DNA of 64,000 nucleotides from an uncultured Arcobacteraceae bacterium (GCA_964022095.1 CAXHZO010000003.1:173415-237414), one strand, 5' to 3'; positions 42,001 to 50,031 are shown, counted from the stretch's first letter. Notes: generated by a model from the sequence alone, not told the origin. Numbers and translations: made by a program.

Positions 42001-44883
42001 ACATCAAAAAGCTATAATTTATCTGCAACTATTATTGCAGGAGATGAAAATGGAAATTATAATTCAACAAATACGCAATATGCTGGTATTGCATGTTATG
42101 ACATAGATAAGAATTTTATTGGTCATCAAAATACAAATCATTATGGAACAGGTTCATATCTAAGTCAAGATTTAAAACAAGGCGATACAAAAATATATGT
42201 TCAAGATGCATCAGATTGGTATGATGGTAGTAATAGTGCATATAGAGGAATTGCATATTATGGTTATGAAGATAGTACAGGGTACGTATATGATGACTTT
42301 ACATATACAAGAAATGTATTTATGAAAAACTATGATGAAAATTCAATTGTTCAATTAGAAGATGGAACTTATGAAATAACATTAAATACCCCATGGAGTG
42401 GTGAAAATTTAAATTCTGGTGATGCAATTGCAAATGCCACATATGGTGGTGGATATAATTATAATTTAATATCAGGAAAAACTATACCTCAAGGTGAAAA
42501 TACATACAGTGTTTTAATGACAGGTATTGAATCAAATGATAGAACAGAAGGTTATAATGATGTAGTAGGGTTTAGAAGTGGAACTGCTTACATAAAAGGC
42601 TTAGTTTTAGCAAATTATCAAGATCAGGATGAAGTTGATAGTGAAGGCGATATTGGTGGAGGGGTTATTGAGTATAGTAATATGCAATTGCAATTGGCTC
42701 TTTTAGAAAACAGTGATAAAGTAGAAAATGGAATTTTAACTCTTGATGGAAATGTTGAGTTTATTGATTTAGATGATGTTGAAAATAAGATCTCTTATAC
42801 AAAAGAGAGTGGTACTTTAGGTGAGCTTATTTTAGATTTAGATTCACAAAATAGTCAAATAAATTATAGATATGAAATAGATGAGTCTTTAGTTGATTAT
42901 TTATCTCAAGATGAAACAAAAGAAGAGAAGTTTTATATTAAAATTGAAGATGTAGATGCACAAGGTAATTTATTGGGTACTTACAGTCAAAAAGAAATTA
43001 GTATTTTAATAAAAGGTGAAGATGATAACTTTGTAACATCAATTGATGGTAGAAGTTCAACAGCTAATTATATAAAAAATGAAGAATCTATTTTTGCTGG
43101 AGCTACATCATTTAATATTGAAATGACAATAAATTCAAATATAAATGAAACTTCTGCTTTATTAAGTTATTCTGTTCCTTCTCAAAATAATGAGTTACTA
43201 ATATTTACAACTGCATCAGGAGTAATAAACTTTTATTTTGGAGGAAGTAATAAAGTATTAGGAACAACAAATATTTTAGATGGTAATAAGCATGATATAA
43301 GACTTACTTGGGAAAGTAGTACTGGTATTACAAAACTTTACATTGATGGAGTATTAGATACTGAAGAAATATATAAACAGAATTATACGGTTTCAAGTGA
43401 TGAAGGAGTTTTAGTTTTAGGGCAAGAACAAGACTCAAATGGCGCAGGATTTGTATCATCACAAGCATTTAGCGGTGAATACTCAGATATATCAATTATT
43501 GCAAATAGTGAATTAAAAGCACAATGGAAAATGGATTATATTTCTGAGAATGGATTTATTCTTGATCAAACAGATAATAATCATGATTTATTGATAAATG
43601 GTGATGTAGAAATTATTAAAACAACTTCAGGTAGCGCAAGTGATGGATATATTTTAGGTGCTACTGTATTTGCTGATGAAAATGAAAATGGTATATTCGA
43701 TGAAGGTGAATCATATGATACTACAAATATTTTTGGGGATTATGAACTATCTAGCAGTAAGGGAACATTAACTTTAATAGGTGGAGTTGATATTTCTACA
43801 AATAGTATGTTTAATACTGTTATGACTGCACCTGAAGGTTCAATTATGATTACTCCATTTACTTCTATTATTGATAAGATGTTAAAGCTTGAGGAGAGTT
43901 TATCTTTAGATGAATCAAATAATAAATTACTAGATGTATTAAATTTAGATACACATATAGATTTATTAACTTTAGATTCTTTAGATGATGAAAGTGATTT
44001 AGGTTTAGCTACTCAAAAAATTGCACTTATGATTTTAAGTATGAATTCATTTGCTGAGCTATTTAGTGATGAAAATGGCTTTGAATTATTAGCATTAGAA
44101 GCAATTACAAATACTCAGTTTGATTTTACAAATGAATTATGGATATCAAATGTAATAAACAGTAATAATGAAACAATTATAAATACAATAATCAGTATAA
44201 ATGAAGCTATGTTAAACGCTCAAACACTAGAAGAATTAGTTCAAGTACAAATTGAAGCAGGTGATATTTATGCAGATATTAAAAATGGAATAATAGTTGA
44301 TTATTCATCTTCTGAAATTAATACTTTATCTAAAGAAAATAGTGTCGGGTTAATTACAAAAGAAGACATTAATGAAATAATTGAAGATATAGAAGTTTCA
44401 ATTACATCTTATAAAATTTTAGGAAATGAATTAGAGTTTAGTGCTGGAGAATCTGTAAGTTTAAATGAAGGAGAATTTACACTTTTTGAAAATGGAGAAT
44501 ATTCATTTACACCAATTTCTGAAACATTTGTGGGCTCACTACCTCAAATAACATACATGACTAATGTTGGAGTAAAAGAGAGCTTTATTCCTAGTTATTT
44601 AGAGTCACTATTTACAGAAGTTGAAACTAAAAACTATATAACTGAAACTACCCACACTGATATTATTTCATTGGATTTAAGTGAACTTATTAGTGATAAT
44701 AGCTCACTTGATGCATTATTAAATTATGCAAATAATCTTGATGATAAAAAAGATTCCGAAGATACACAAATTATTAATAATAGTAAAAATTATCAAATAG
44801 TTGAAGGAGATATTATAGAAAATTTTGCTAAATTAAATGAGAATATAAACGATTTAATTCAAATTGATATAGATATGTTCTAA
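33100..44883 (+). CDS. Giant Ca2+-binding repetitive adhesin (VCBS/cadherin-like/Ig repeats, RTX nonapeptides), probably T1SS-secreted
   Basis: 3927 aa, Asp/Asn/Thr-rich; many ITGTNDxP / YQYLxxGE VCBS repeats, YTPNSNFNGVDT cadherin-like repeats, DTGSSNNDDITSDTTPTF Ig repeat, GDGDDTIYGNGGNDYIYGGEGAD RTX motifs, C-terminal LDLSELI; no signal peptide. Confidence 0.88.
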   Translation: MAKFFELNVKQSNVDFRDLKSNEILDLKSILNLIQNYKLKNKKIIVYENSVYTIVEVLNLLQETETFKNQNFAEILLKVEEQEVPQKKDDFVQKDLVNDNLTILEQLYKKGMIEKNQLKKQKTLIDEDTQDSTDFIPYKTTISGLFVRNITEDEIISEKITIYNSLGEKLNFIDESINGSFGYLKVSSNKWIYTLEDEIQKLNDGDKLVENFIIELEDGTKQNIEISIIGVNDYPFIENTNLVLVEDSMINGQINYFDVDSSVEILYDGSIEGLQINKDGSYTFNSDAYDFLSKDKSLFLKTTVQIIDEQGATEKSDFNISITGTNDYPTIDIQSSISTIEDKTVSVAFSTSDIDGLIVSTYASALNGKTILNGNELIYIPNDDFNGIDTITLNAKDDSGAITQKEILVDIKAINDKPKTSLIEGYDKFLDESELNDFLGVSNSLLIISHEEILSKSKIIDVDSNNFEITLNPEDITFTKDGMDYSFVNTTMGVKQVDLLFKMMNPDVQAQIGDFLVYNTSFDSLNTGDEVDVKFYINIYDGEDYSEKLPVEFKVIGSNDAPVIDEISVINVNEDEQSQNFKVTGSDIDTDSSFLFSIDESVDGLSFDENGNASFDPTHPTYQYLNEGELKTITIPVSITDENAATNSTYLTINILGTNDEPKIENKLLSVNEGDIVVNGYLAGVDADTSAVLTYTTTSVVAGFVLNSNGTYSLDLNEYRYLSLDEELNLDIPILVTDDNSATNSSTLSVKIIGTNEVPSIKFITELAINEDDSIASGQIISEDIDKDAILTCSTNSLVEGFTLEENGTYTFDASSYQYLVENEILVLTIPVTLSDENNATTSDNITIQITGRNDIPVITSIEQKNLFEDDLILNGQIIGNDADDGAVLTYSTTASLSGFTFNSDGSYSFDPSLSDYQSLSSDDTLTFSIPITLTDDKGTSTTEDFVIKLTGTNDYPILTLDSSISTLEDTTTRVNYSASDIDSNIGIVGSALNGVVIINDNGTIDYTPNSNFNGVDTISVTVTDDKGASVTKTSTINVQPVNDTPIIDTVTSNDIEEESVDLSTIIGKVNVSDNDVNTTLIYTINDANNYVQVDDEGNVTLTQEGIDAINLDTSSPDLEDFTYTVSVSDGIESVTTATQKIDITRVNDEAPIFSTNIGNDITENSLNTSTVVATFSANDNDDGDSLIYAIKTGNELGYFNINSATGDVTLTQDGVDAINSDVGVDLIKLQIVVEVTDGNNHKTDSLLTDINITRVNDNAPIVVVDATSVDEDSTVSVDVLANDSDLDDGNTLTLTSVSSSKGETSIVDNKLVFDTANDFESLGDNQSEDVDVTYTVSDGILTSTSTATISVNGVNDAPTAVDDLKETLDYGVLNNGVTGTDNATGIGYIMYSQENVFDRFSSIYNGNAQHLVSVKFMDAKWYYDTNSKYVEFTPVTTDRLLAQLDFTNDTANELSGISNPSYQIEGINAGYFDGDFKVTPNIWAGASNAGEFAISGAINIGSLTNPLLTAEDTAITIFASDLLSNDIDPDTNDTLNLISVSHPTNGTVSIDLNGDVLFTPTSNFSGNATFEYTISDGNGETSTAAVTVSVTEDGYTLIPTIDLIDSSDTGSSNNDDITSDTTPTFEGTTEPNATVKIYDESNNIIGQSTADSSGNYTITTSALSDGTQTLTVRVSDSSSNEESTTQVITIDTAISLSVSNIQNIREDVNDGGTIDTTAPDINAGTAQQVVATLSSDTDVTYGIDNSKFEVIGNEVRVKDGSIFDYETSTSESIKITVTDKAGNTTDSTFSVNITDYEGSYTSTTTSKITGTSEEDTLSGNDEKNKFKSSLGADSMDGGSNNDALYYDNSDEAVNLNLNTNINTGGTAQGDTIFNIEQYYLSDYNDEIIADDNTDTFYLGDGDDTIYGNGGNDYIYGGEGADYIDGGESSKDRDTSFYTDSLEGVTVNLLTNINTGGTAQGDTLVNIERIQGSNYSDNITGDNENNILYGNDGDDIINAKGGTDTIIGGSGNDTALFDGNKADYTISYDSTKTRYIITNINTSDKTYVSDDVENIVFADGSFTQEDLILEGTNDSDFFMDENTALTITPSEILRNDTDEDISNLTIVSVDNSSNGTVVLNGQDIEFTPATDFYGEATFTYSVSDGNDIDTVTVTVDVNNIPKANEDIPQSEHTIEICSIGNDNPEISSSIRGVKIDGSSVPIVNQRGLTITVLDDDLNIVLNERFDTYSSLDDSNLLATKIEEIKAMDLSLKVIFTTSDEWTKNLNQNAKDALISIGANSEILNSIQMTSNDVTYRSAYALVVDKVEDNYYNSFEEFSYRYGESINHTIEIGSLITTEDKVFYFDIDTLLNNDTDFDNDTISLVSIENPTYNNIQAGTFEIVEINGISKIKFIPNDNLDFLGNNESINIDFSYTIKDSHNSQDSITSSLKINGVNDSVEFLDSSLEYLNFNGSTVYETSEVTQQVRTDELIQVDTSKTYKLSFDVTAGDENGNYNPTNNQYFGIVCYDIDGNEIRYQDSEHYGTGSYLTQDLNIGDTKIYIQDASDWYNGTVSGWSGLKWYGYENSNGITYDDFTYSRNHEVGLWDENSIIQLEDGTYEITLNEPWNNDTLSAGDPVANARLGMIFTYSNLVSDTINSGTSHDESFISDFHKYNGFRHGTEFIKVAGLVNWDDVNEVDSEGDIEGGVISYSNILFEEIALKEDLNTIDNNLTTSGELSFLDTDINDTHLVSYEKNPQTIGDLSLLFDETTKTITYNYTVDNSLVQYLNEREVLDEKFAINVEDVDSNGNRLGTFTSKELIIQVAGTSDKPIVENVYQYQDEVISGLQDIHGNVQLKEDLDTNDSHKFYFETPKVIVDGVDVTAEIQGLNLTINQYNGYYKIVGDFNFLTKGQTADISLDYYVIDSEGLKSDIKTINAEISGVNDVVSINDNITDSIMTYKGNHTVFVDGSTTKTMLNFQTDEYITVDTSKSYNLSATIIAGDENGNYNSTNTQYAGIACYDIDKNFIGHQNTNHYGTGSYLSQDLKQGDTKIYVQDASDWYDGSNSAYRGIAYYGYEDSTGYVYDDFTYTRNVFMKNYDENSIVQLEDGTYEITLNTPWSGENLNSGDAIANATYGGGYNYNLISGKTIPQGENTYSVLMTGIESNDRTEGYNDVVGFRSGTAYIKGLVLANYQDQDEVDSEGDIGGGVIEYSNMQLQLALLENSDKVENGILTLDGNVEFIDLDDVENKISYTKESGTLGELILDLDSQNSQINYRYEIDESLVDYLSQDETKEEKFYIKIEDVDAQGNLLGTYSQKEISILIKGEDDNFVTSIDGRSSTANYIKNEESIFAGATSFNIEMTINSNINETSALLSYSVPSQNNELLIFTTASGVINFYFGGSNKVLGTTNILDGNKHDIRLTWESSTGITKLYIDGVLDTEEIYKQNYTVSSDEGVLVLGQEQDSNGAGFVSSQAFSGEYSDISIIANSELKAQWKMDYISENGFILDQTDNNHDLLINGDVEIIKTTSGSASDGYILGATVFADENENGIFDEGESYDTTNIFGDYELSSSKGTLTLIGGVDISTNSMFNTVMTAPEGSIMITPFTSIIDKMLKLEESLSLDESNNKLLDVLNLDTHIDLLTLDSLDDESDLGLATQKIALMILSMNSFAELFSDENGFELLALEAITNTQFDFTNELWISNVINSNNETIINTIISINEAMLNAQTLEELVQVQIEAGDIYADIKNGIIVDYSSSEINTLSKENSVGLITKEDINEIIEDIEVSITSYKILGNELEFSAGESVSLNEGEFTLFENGEYSFTPISETFVGSLPQITYMTNVGVKESFIPSYLESLFTEVETKNYITETTHTDIISLDLSELISDNSSLDALLNYANNLDDKKDSEDTQIINNSKNYQIVEGDIIENFAKLNENINDLIQIDIDMF
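40438..42698 (+). repeat. Two diverged copies of a ~250-aa domain inside the adhesin (~40438-41193 and ~41908-42698)
   Basis: Shared VDTSKxY, AGDENGNYN, CYDID, HYGTGSYLxQDL, GDTKIYxQDASDWY, YDDFTYxRN, DENSIxQLEDGTYEITLN, EVDSEGDIxGGVI. Confidence 0.85.
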
Positions 44884-44897
44884 TACAAAGGAATAGA

Positions 44898-45572
44898 ATG
44901 TCTAGAAAACTAAGAATACTTTTAGTTGAAGATGAAAGATTAATAGCTAAGAATTTAAAAGAAATTCTTGAAAAATTAGGGTATGAAGTAATAGATATAC
45001 ATTCAACTGCTGAGGATGCGTATGAAACGCTATATGATAGTAGTGTAGATTTAGTGATTTCTGATATTGAAATAAAAGGTTTAGTAGATGGAATTGATGC
45101 TTCAAAAATATTTCAAAACCTTTACAACTTACCTATTATTTTTATAACAGCTTATAGTGATAATGAAAAAATCCATAGAGCTTCAAGACTTGAAAATATG
45201 GTTGGCTATTTAGTTAAACCTATAAAGGTTGAAGAGCTTAAAGCTTTAATTGAAATGGCAATTTTAAAATATGATATTTTTGAAAAAGAAAAAGTTATTC
45301 AAATTAATGATGTATATAAATATGATCCAAAATATAAAGAACTTTACAAAAATGATGAAGAAGTAAATTTAACAAGAAATGAAAAACTACTTTTATCTAT
45401 TTTATTAAACAATGAAAGAGTTACAACATATAGTATGATTAATGATGCAATATGGGGAACACAAGAAGTTTCAGATGGAACGAGAAGACAATTAATTCAT
45501 AGATTAAAATCTAAATTAGAAAATATAGAAATACTATCTAAAAAAGGCGAGGGTATTTATCTTAAAAGATAG
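44898..45572 (+). CDS. Orphan response regulator (receiver plus winged-helix)
   Basis: LVEDE, ISDIEIKG, FITAY, LVKP; LTRNEKLLL...IHRLKSKL. Confidence 0.9.
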   Translation: MSRKLRILLVEDERLIAKNLKEILEKLGYEVIDIHSTAEDAYETLYDSSVDLVISDIEIKGLVDGIDASKIFQNLYNLPIIFITAYSDNEKIHRASRLENMVGYLVKPIKVEELKALIEMAILKYDIFEKEKVIQINDVYKYDPKYKELYKNDEEVNLTRNEKLLLSILLNNERVTTYSMINDAIWGTQEVSDGTRRQLIHRLKSKLENIEILSKKGEGIYLKR

Positions 45573-45589
45573 GCTAAACCTATCTTTTT
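45564..45589. terminator. Bidirectional intrinsic terminator
   Basis: AAAAGATAGG-ctaaa-CCTATCTTTTT between convergent genes. Confidence 0.7.
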
Positions 45590-45590
45590 A

Positions 45591-46022
45591 CTACTCTTGC
45601 GTGTTCATCATCCAGATACTGAATATATCTAGATAATTCCAAAAAGAGCTTTTTAAATCTTCTGGCATATCTAATTGACTTAAAACTATAGCGTACGATT
45701 CTAACCATATTTGTCTAGCTTTTGGAGTAATACTAAATGGCTGATGTCTAGCAGCCATCATTGGCGCACCTCTATTTTTATTAAAGTAATCGGGACCTCC
45801 ACAAATTTGTATAAAAAAGTCTGCTGAATGTTGCTTTGCTAGTGCAAAACCTTCATCAGTAGGTGGGAATAATCCTTTGATATCACTTTGTCTTAATAAA
45901 TCATAGTGATCAGATACCACTTTTCTCATCCCTTCTTCACCTAAGAATTCTAAAACCTTATGGTCAGGCTTAACTACAGGTGGTCTAGTTCCAACTTGTG
46001 CTGGAGTAATATTAAATTGCAT
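45591..46022 (-). CDS. Truncated (2/2) globin
   Basis: LGEEGMRKVVSDHYD, FFIQICGGPDYF, PMMAARHQPFSI, RQIWL. Confidence 0.85.
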   Translation of the reverse strand: MQFNITPAQVGTRPPVVKPDHKVLEFLGEEGMRKVVSDHYDLLRQSDIKGLFPPTDEGFALAKQHSADFFIQICGGPDYFNKNRGAPMMAARHQPFSITPKARQIWLESYAIVLSQLDMPEDLKSSFWNYLDIFSIWMMNTQE

Positions 46023-46158
46023 TTTATTAACCTTTAAAATATATTCGAATTTTGCAAAACTGCAACACTATATTACAATATATTTGTTTTTAAACACTTT
46101 TTATAATATATGAAAAGTTTACTATGCTAAAATAATGTATTAAAGGACTAGTAAATTA

Positions 46159-46758
46159 ATGAATATTGATACACAAAATATAATTGAGTGTAAAAGTTGT
46201 GGTTTGTTTGTTGACAAACAAAAAGCTTCAAAATTATATCTCTTAAAATGTCCAAGATGCAATACAAAATTAAAAGCATATATTGATCATAGTTATGACT
46301 CTTTATATTATGCTATATCTGCATTGATGCTTTTTATTTTGATGAATGTTTATCCTTTAATAAAACTATCTATAAATGGAAAAGATTTAGAAGCAACTTT
46401 ATATGATACGGTTTTTATTTTACTTGAACAAAATCTTTTTTTCGTAGCTCTTATAGTTTTTCTAACTATTATTGTAGCACCAGTTTTTAATTCACTTATA
46501 ATAATAATCTCTTTTATTCAAAAAAATACAAATATAAAACTATTTACAAATACTTTTTTACACGATAGTTTTCACTTTACAAAAACTTGGGGTTTTATTG
46601 AGGTTTTTGCAATTAGTATTATTGTTACATATATAAAACTTGTTGGGATGATATCTTCAACTAGATTTGATTTTGGATTTTATATTTTACTTTTTTATAT
46701 ATTTTGTTTTTTTATGTCAAATAGAAAATTTGAGGGTAAAAGTGTTTTTGGAGAATAG
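46159..46758 (+). CDS. PqiA/LetA-family membrane protein, N-terminal half
   Basis: CKSC...CPRC zinc ribbon followed by TM helices, TWGFIEVF. Confidence 0.85.
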   Translation: MNIDTQNIIECKSCGLFVDKQKASKLYLLKCPRCNTKLKAYIDHSYDSLYYAISALMLFILMNVYPLIKLSINGKDLEATLYDTVFILLEQNLFFVALIVFLTIIVAPVFNSLIIIISFIQKNTNIKLFTNTFLHDSFHFTKTWGFIEVFAISIIVTYIKLVGMISSTRFDFGFYILLFYIFCFFMSNRKFEGKSVFGE

Positions 46759-47346
46759 ATGGTTTTAATATCTTGTAAAAACTGCCGTAAAGTTTATGAA
46801 AAACCAAATTATGATGAGTTTATTTGTACTCGATGCAAACATAAAGTACAAAGAAGAACCAAGTACTCTTTACAAATATCATTAGCTTTAGTTTTAAGTG
46901 CATTGCTGTTGTATATCCCAGCAATGGTTTATCCAATTATGGAAGTAACAAAATTTGGTGTAAGTATAGAAAGTACAATCTTAGAAGGGGTTATTAGTTT
47001 TTTAGAGTATGAAAACTATTTTATTGCAATTGTAGTATTTACAGCAAGTGTTATAATACCAATGATTAAGTTAATTGGGCTATTGTTTATTTTTGTATCT
47101 TTAAAAATAAATATGAGATTATCAAACAAGGTTAAAAATGTAATGTTTCATTTTATTGAAGCAATTGGAAAATGGTCAATGATAGATATTTATGTAGTTG
47201 CAATATTAGCATCTGTTGTGCAACTAGATGAATTTTTTAATATCAAAGGAGGTTTAGCTGCAACCTCTTTTGCACTTATGGTAATAGTTACTATGATAGC
47301 AGCACATATATTTGATACGAGGATAATTTGGGATGAAAGAAAATAA
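46759..47346 (+). CDS. PqiA/LetA-family membrane protein, C-terminal half
   Basis: CKNC...CTRC, LYIPA, STILEGV, IGKWSMIDIYVV, FDTRIIWD. Confidence 0.88.
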   Translation: MVLISCKNCRKVYEKPNYDEFICTRCKHKVQRRTKYSLQISLALVLSALLLYIPAMVYPIMEVTKFGVSIESTILEGVISFLEYENYFIAIVVFTASVIIPMIKLIGLLFIFVSLKINMRLSNKVKNVMFHFIEAIGKWSMIDIYVVAILASVVQLDEFFNIKGGLAATSFALMVIVTMIAAHIFDTRIIWDERK

Positions 47347-49972
47347 TGAAAGTGTAGTTTTTAAACCAAAGGTTGAAGAAAGAAAGGTCTCATTTGCTTG
47401 GGTGATTCCTATTATTATTCTTTGTATATTAGCCTGGATTGCCTATGATACTTATACTAAAAAAGGTACAAATATTATAGTTACATTTAAAAGTGCAGAA
47501 GGTTTAAAAGAAGGTGTTACTCCTCTTGAGTACAAAGGCTTGCAACTTGGAAAAGTTACAAAAATTACCATGGATGATGATTTAAAAAATGTTAATGTTC
47601 GAGTATTAGTAAAAAGTGATGTTGCAAAATATGTAGCAAGTGAGAGCTCTAGATTTTGGATAAAAAAACCAACAGTTTCCTTAACAAAAATCTCAGGACT
47701 TAATACTTTAATTAGTGGATATAAAATTGAGCTTTCACCAAAATTTAGAACTCAACAAGAGTATAATAATGGAAAAGAACAATTGTCTTTTATAGGATTA
47801 GATAGCCAGCCTGATGATGAACTTTCAGCTCAAGGTTATTATATAACTTTGACTTCAAATGATAAGGATAATGTAGAAGTTGGAACTCCTATATTTTATA
47901 ATAAATTTCAAATTGGAGAAGTTGTATCGAAAGATTTTAAATTTGAAAAGGTCTATTTAAATATTTACATATATGATAAATTCAACTATTTAGTAAATAA
48001 AAGTTCAAAGTTTGTATTAAATGAGGCACTAAAAGTAAATTATGGACCAAGTGGACTAGAAATAAAAGTAGGGTCTTTATATTCAGCTTTAGTTGGTGGA
48101 ATTACAGTAATTACACCAAATAAAGAGGAAGATAAGATTTCAAAAAATGAAGAGCTTATTCTTTATGCTGATGAGAAATCAATGCAAAAAAAACACTATT
48201 TTGATATTGCATTTAAAAAACTTGATGGAATAGGTGAAGACACTCCTATTTTATATAAAGGAATAGAGATTGGTAAAATCTCAGAAATAAAACTTGAAAA
48301 AGATGTTTTAGTTAAGGCATATTTATATGAAAAATATAAATACCTACTTACAAATAAGACAAAATTTTTTATTGAAAAACCAGAGATATCTTTAAGTGGA
48401 GTAGATAATTTAGGAAATATAGTAAAAGGAAATTATCTAAGTTTAAAATATGAAAAAGGTGAGTACTCAAATAGTTTTGCAGCAATTGAAAAAGATAAGT
48501 TAGAACATAAAGATGATGACGTAATAATCAATCTTTATACTCAAGATTTAAACTCAATTTCAAAGAATTCAAAAGTATATTATAGAAATATTGAAGTTGG
48601 AAAAGTTATTGATTATTCTCTTACAAGTACACTTAAAAAAGTAAAAATAAAAGTAGCAGTCAGCAATAAATATGCCCATGTACTAAATGACCATATTTTA
48701 TTTTATGATATGAGTTCAAAGTTAGTTGATTTAAAAGCACTTGATTTAAATATAAACTATAGTGGAATAGAACCACTTTTAAATGGTGCTATTGGTATAG
48801 TTGGTGAAAAAAGAAAAAGTAAATTAAAGAAAAAAGAGTTTAAACTTTATAGCTCTTATAAAGATGTTAAGAAACTCAAAAGAGTTTATAATAGTGGATT
48901 TGTAATTAGTGCATATTATAATAATGATTTTGAGATAAAACCAAATATGGCAATTATTTATAAAAACCAAGAGATAGGTTTTGTAAAAGATATTAAGTTT
49001 AATGATGAAAAATCAAAGGTAGATTTATTTATTTATAACTCATTTAAAAAATATATAAATAAGCAGTCAAGATTTTATAAAAAAGGTATTGTAAATCTAA
49101 AGGCTAGTTTAAATGGTATTTTATTTGAAGTTGACAATTTTACATCACTTTTAGAAGGTTCAATTCATCTTGATACAAACTCAAATATGATTTATAATAA
49201 CTACCAAATATTTTCAAGTATTGATGATATGCAAAACTCATCAAATAGTATTAGTATAATATTTGATGATGTAGAAGGTGTTAAAAAAGATTTCTCGCAG
49301 CTTACTTATAAAGGTGTTGATATAGGAAAAGTTACAGATGTCTCTTTAACTGCAAACCACAAAGTAAAAGTAAAAGCTTTGATTTATAGTGATTATGATT
49401 CTTTTGCAAAAGAAGGAACAAAATTCTTTTTAAAAAAACCTAGAATATCTTTTCAAGAAATAGCAAATGCAGGCTCAACAATTATGGCTGTAAATATTGG
49501 AGTTATAAAAGGATATGGTAAACACAAATCAAACTTCAAAGGCTTTGACTCTCAACCTTCAATTTCAAAATCACACTTTGGAACTATATTTAAAGTATAT
49601 GATTCAACAGCTTCAAGCGTGAATGTTGATGCTCCTGTTTATTATAAAAATGTTCAAATAGGAAAAGTTTTAAAAGTTGATTTAACAAATGATGCTTCAA
49701 ATGTAGTTCTAGATTGTCTTATTTTTGATAAATATACTAAGTTTATAAGAAAAAATTCACAGTTTTATGACATTAGTGGATTTGAAATGAAGTTCTCAAT
49801 TTTTAGTGATACAAAAGTTGAATCAAATACTTTTACAAGTTTGTTAAAAGGTGGTTTAGTTGTAGTAACTCCTTATGAGTATAATCAAAAAGCAACACCA
49901 AAAGATAGCTTTAATTTACACAAAACTTTAAGGGAGGATTGGAAAAGCATCAGTCCAAGTATTAAAAACTAA
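47333..49972 (+). CDS. letB: Multi-MCE lipid transport tunnel protein, LetB/YebT-like (7 MCE domains)
   Basis: 879 aa, N-terminal TM, seven YxxxxxGxV/I MCE motifs (YKGLQLGKV, YNKFQIGEV, YKGIEIGKI, YRNIEVGKV, YKNQEIGFV, YKGVDIGKV, YKNVQIGKV). Confidence 0.82.
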   Translation: MKENNESVVFKPKVEERKVSFAWVIPIIILCILAWIAYDTYTKKGTNIIVTFKSAEGLKEGVTPLEYKGLQLGKVTKITMDDDLKNVNVRVLVKSDVAKYVASESSRFWIKKPTVSLTKISGLNTLISGYKIELSPKFRTQQEYNNGKEQLSFIGLDSQPDDELSAQGYYITLTSNDKDNVEVGTPIFYNKFQIGEVVSKDFKFEKVYLNIYIYDKFNYLVNKSSKFVLNEALKVNYGPSGLEIKVGSLYSALVGGITVITPNKEEDKISKNEELILYADEKSMQKKHYFDIAFKKLDGIGEDTPILYKGIEIGKISEIKLEKDVLVKAYLYEKYKYLLTNKTKFFIEKPEISLSGVDNLGNIVKGNYLSLKYEKGEYSNSFAAIEKDKLEHKDDDVIINLYTQDLNSISKNSKVYYRNIEVGKVIDYSLTSTLKKVKIKVAVSNKYAHVLNDHILFYDMSSKLVDLKALDLNINYSGIEPLLNGAIGIVGEKRKSKLKKKEFKLYSSYKDVKKLKRVYNSGFVISAYYNNDFEIKPNMAIIYKNQEIGFVKDIKFNDEKSKVDLFIYNSFKKYINKQSRFYKKGIVNLKASLNGILFEVDNFTSLLEGSIHLDTNSNMIYNNYQIFSSIDDMQNSSNSISIIFDDVEGVKKDFSQLTYKGVDIGKVTDVSLTANHKVKVKALIYSDYDSFAKEGTKFFLKKPRISFQEIANAGSTIMAVNIGVIKGYGKHKSNFKGFDSQPSISKSHFGTIFKVYDSTASSVNVDAPVYYKNVQIGKVLKVDLTNDASNVVLDCLIFDKYTKFIRKNSQFYDISGFEMKFSIFSDTKVESNTFTSLLKGGLVVVTPYEYNQKATPKDSFNLHKTLREDWKSISPSIKN

Positions 49973-50031
49973 ATTAAAAGATTGAATATATTTTATACAG
50001 CATAAGTGTTTAAATAAATTTTTAATTCTTT

